From Octopus sinensis (taxonomy: Eukaryota): a DNA stretch of 37,640 bases. Below the pieces are notes generated by a model. It did no database searches and was not told the origin of the DNA. It saw nothing but the letters and a program-made list of their open reading frames with translations. The stretch covers positions 1 to 37,640 of the forward strand of contig NW_021835896.1 in assembly GCF_006345805.1 (NCBI RefSeq), in the 5' to 3' direction. Each line of letters begins with the position of its first letter. Position 1 is the stretch's first letter. Positions 36,607 through 37,640 of the stretch are shown here, piece by piece. Made by a program: the position numbers and the translations under genes.

Positions 36607-37253
36607 CTATGTGTGTGTGTATGTGTGTGTGTGTGTGTGTGGTGTGTGTGTTTACGCATGTATCTGATTATGTGACCATGCCGTATACATTCATATACAT
36701 GAATTTTCAAATTTATTTGGCACAGCCGAGTTTGTTTGATGTCGTTGTATTTATTTTTCTTTGGGATCTTCCATTTAGACCTGCATCTTAGCTTCTTCGC
36801 TAAAAATATTTCCTTCCTAAACCATTCTTTCAACCATTATTTATTCTTAACATCTTAAACAGTTATTATTTTTTTAACTTCGCTTCCATTATTTCTTTGA
36901 CTTTTCTGCAATAATTATTATTTCCTGTGACTTAAAATCGCTACATTTTTTTCCATATACACACATGTATAAATACATATTTTTGTATGTGTGTGTATGT
37001 ACATATGTATGTACTACGTATTTACGAATGTGTATTTATTTATGTATAAACACACACACACATACATACATGTATGCACATATACATATACATAAAATAT
37101 ACACGCACATATATAAATGTGTGTGTATGTATGTATGTATGTATGTATGTATGTATGTATGTATGTATGTATGTACGTGTATATATATATATATGTTGAG
37201 ATATATATGTATGTATATATGTATGTACGTATGTATATATGTATATATGTATG

Positions 37254-37286
<33 letters not shown>

Positions 37287-37304
37287 TATATATACATACA
37301 TACA

Positions 37305-37640
37305 TTGTTGGCATCCTTTGTAAATGGAGTAGCGCGTAAACTAATCCAGTCTTGGTTCTACATTTCATGTCCTCTCTAGTTTCCTCTCCAGCTTTGCTCA
37401 GGCCTGGGCTAGATTTAAGTTCCACATTTCCATGTCCTCTCTAGTTTCCTCTCCAGCTTTGCTCAGGCCTGGGCTAGATTTAAGAAAATCCTGAGTAGCC
37501 CAATCATCAGGATTCCTCTCTCGACCTTGCTGGCGTAGTCCAAAGGAGTGCAGAGCATTACGTTTGGCACCAGCTTGGTTGCAGAGCTGCCGCGAAGAGT
37601 GTCGAGTCGAACACTAAACCGCCTACGGGCACACACTACG
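37305..37640 (-). mobile_element. Non-autonomous RTE-derived element running off the window end
   Basis: 3' end GGATGCCAAC and body homologous to 16709-16790. Internal ~65-bp tandem duplication. HDV-like remnant in the 5' part. Confidence 0.6.

Overview
AT-rich, microsatellite-saturated animal nuclear DNA, almost certainly octopus. That call is inferred from the tRNA-derived SINE families and the very high (TA)n/(CA)n/(TATC)n/(TAA)n/(CAT)n density. No host protein-coding gene could be supported, and nearly all ORF-track entries are translated microsatellites or SINE antisense frames. The window is intergenic or intronic and contains: about 30 SINE copies or fragments from four families (labelled A-D here); a 5'-truncated Penelope-like element (RT + GIY-YIG); a decayed RTE LINE; two CR1/L2-group LINE 3' ends; an R4/Dong-clade 3' end in a (TAA)n tract; RTE-derived non-autonomous pieces; four foldback/MITE palindromes; and a minisatellite. 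The most interesting signals are RNA-structural: a hammerhead with a compensatory U3-A8 core at the Penelope 3' end; a three-copy non-coding family with a minimal hammerhead-like motif; an HDV-like ribozyme remnant; SINE multimers with the same 184-bp junction at two loci; and LINE-SINE tail sharing. Repeat boundaries are approximate, judged by eye.
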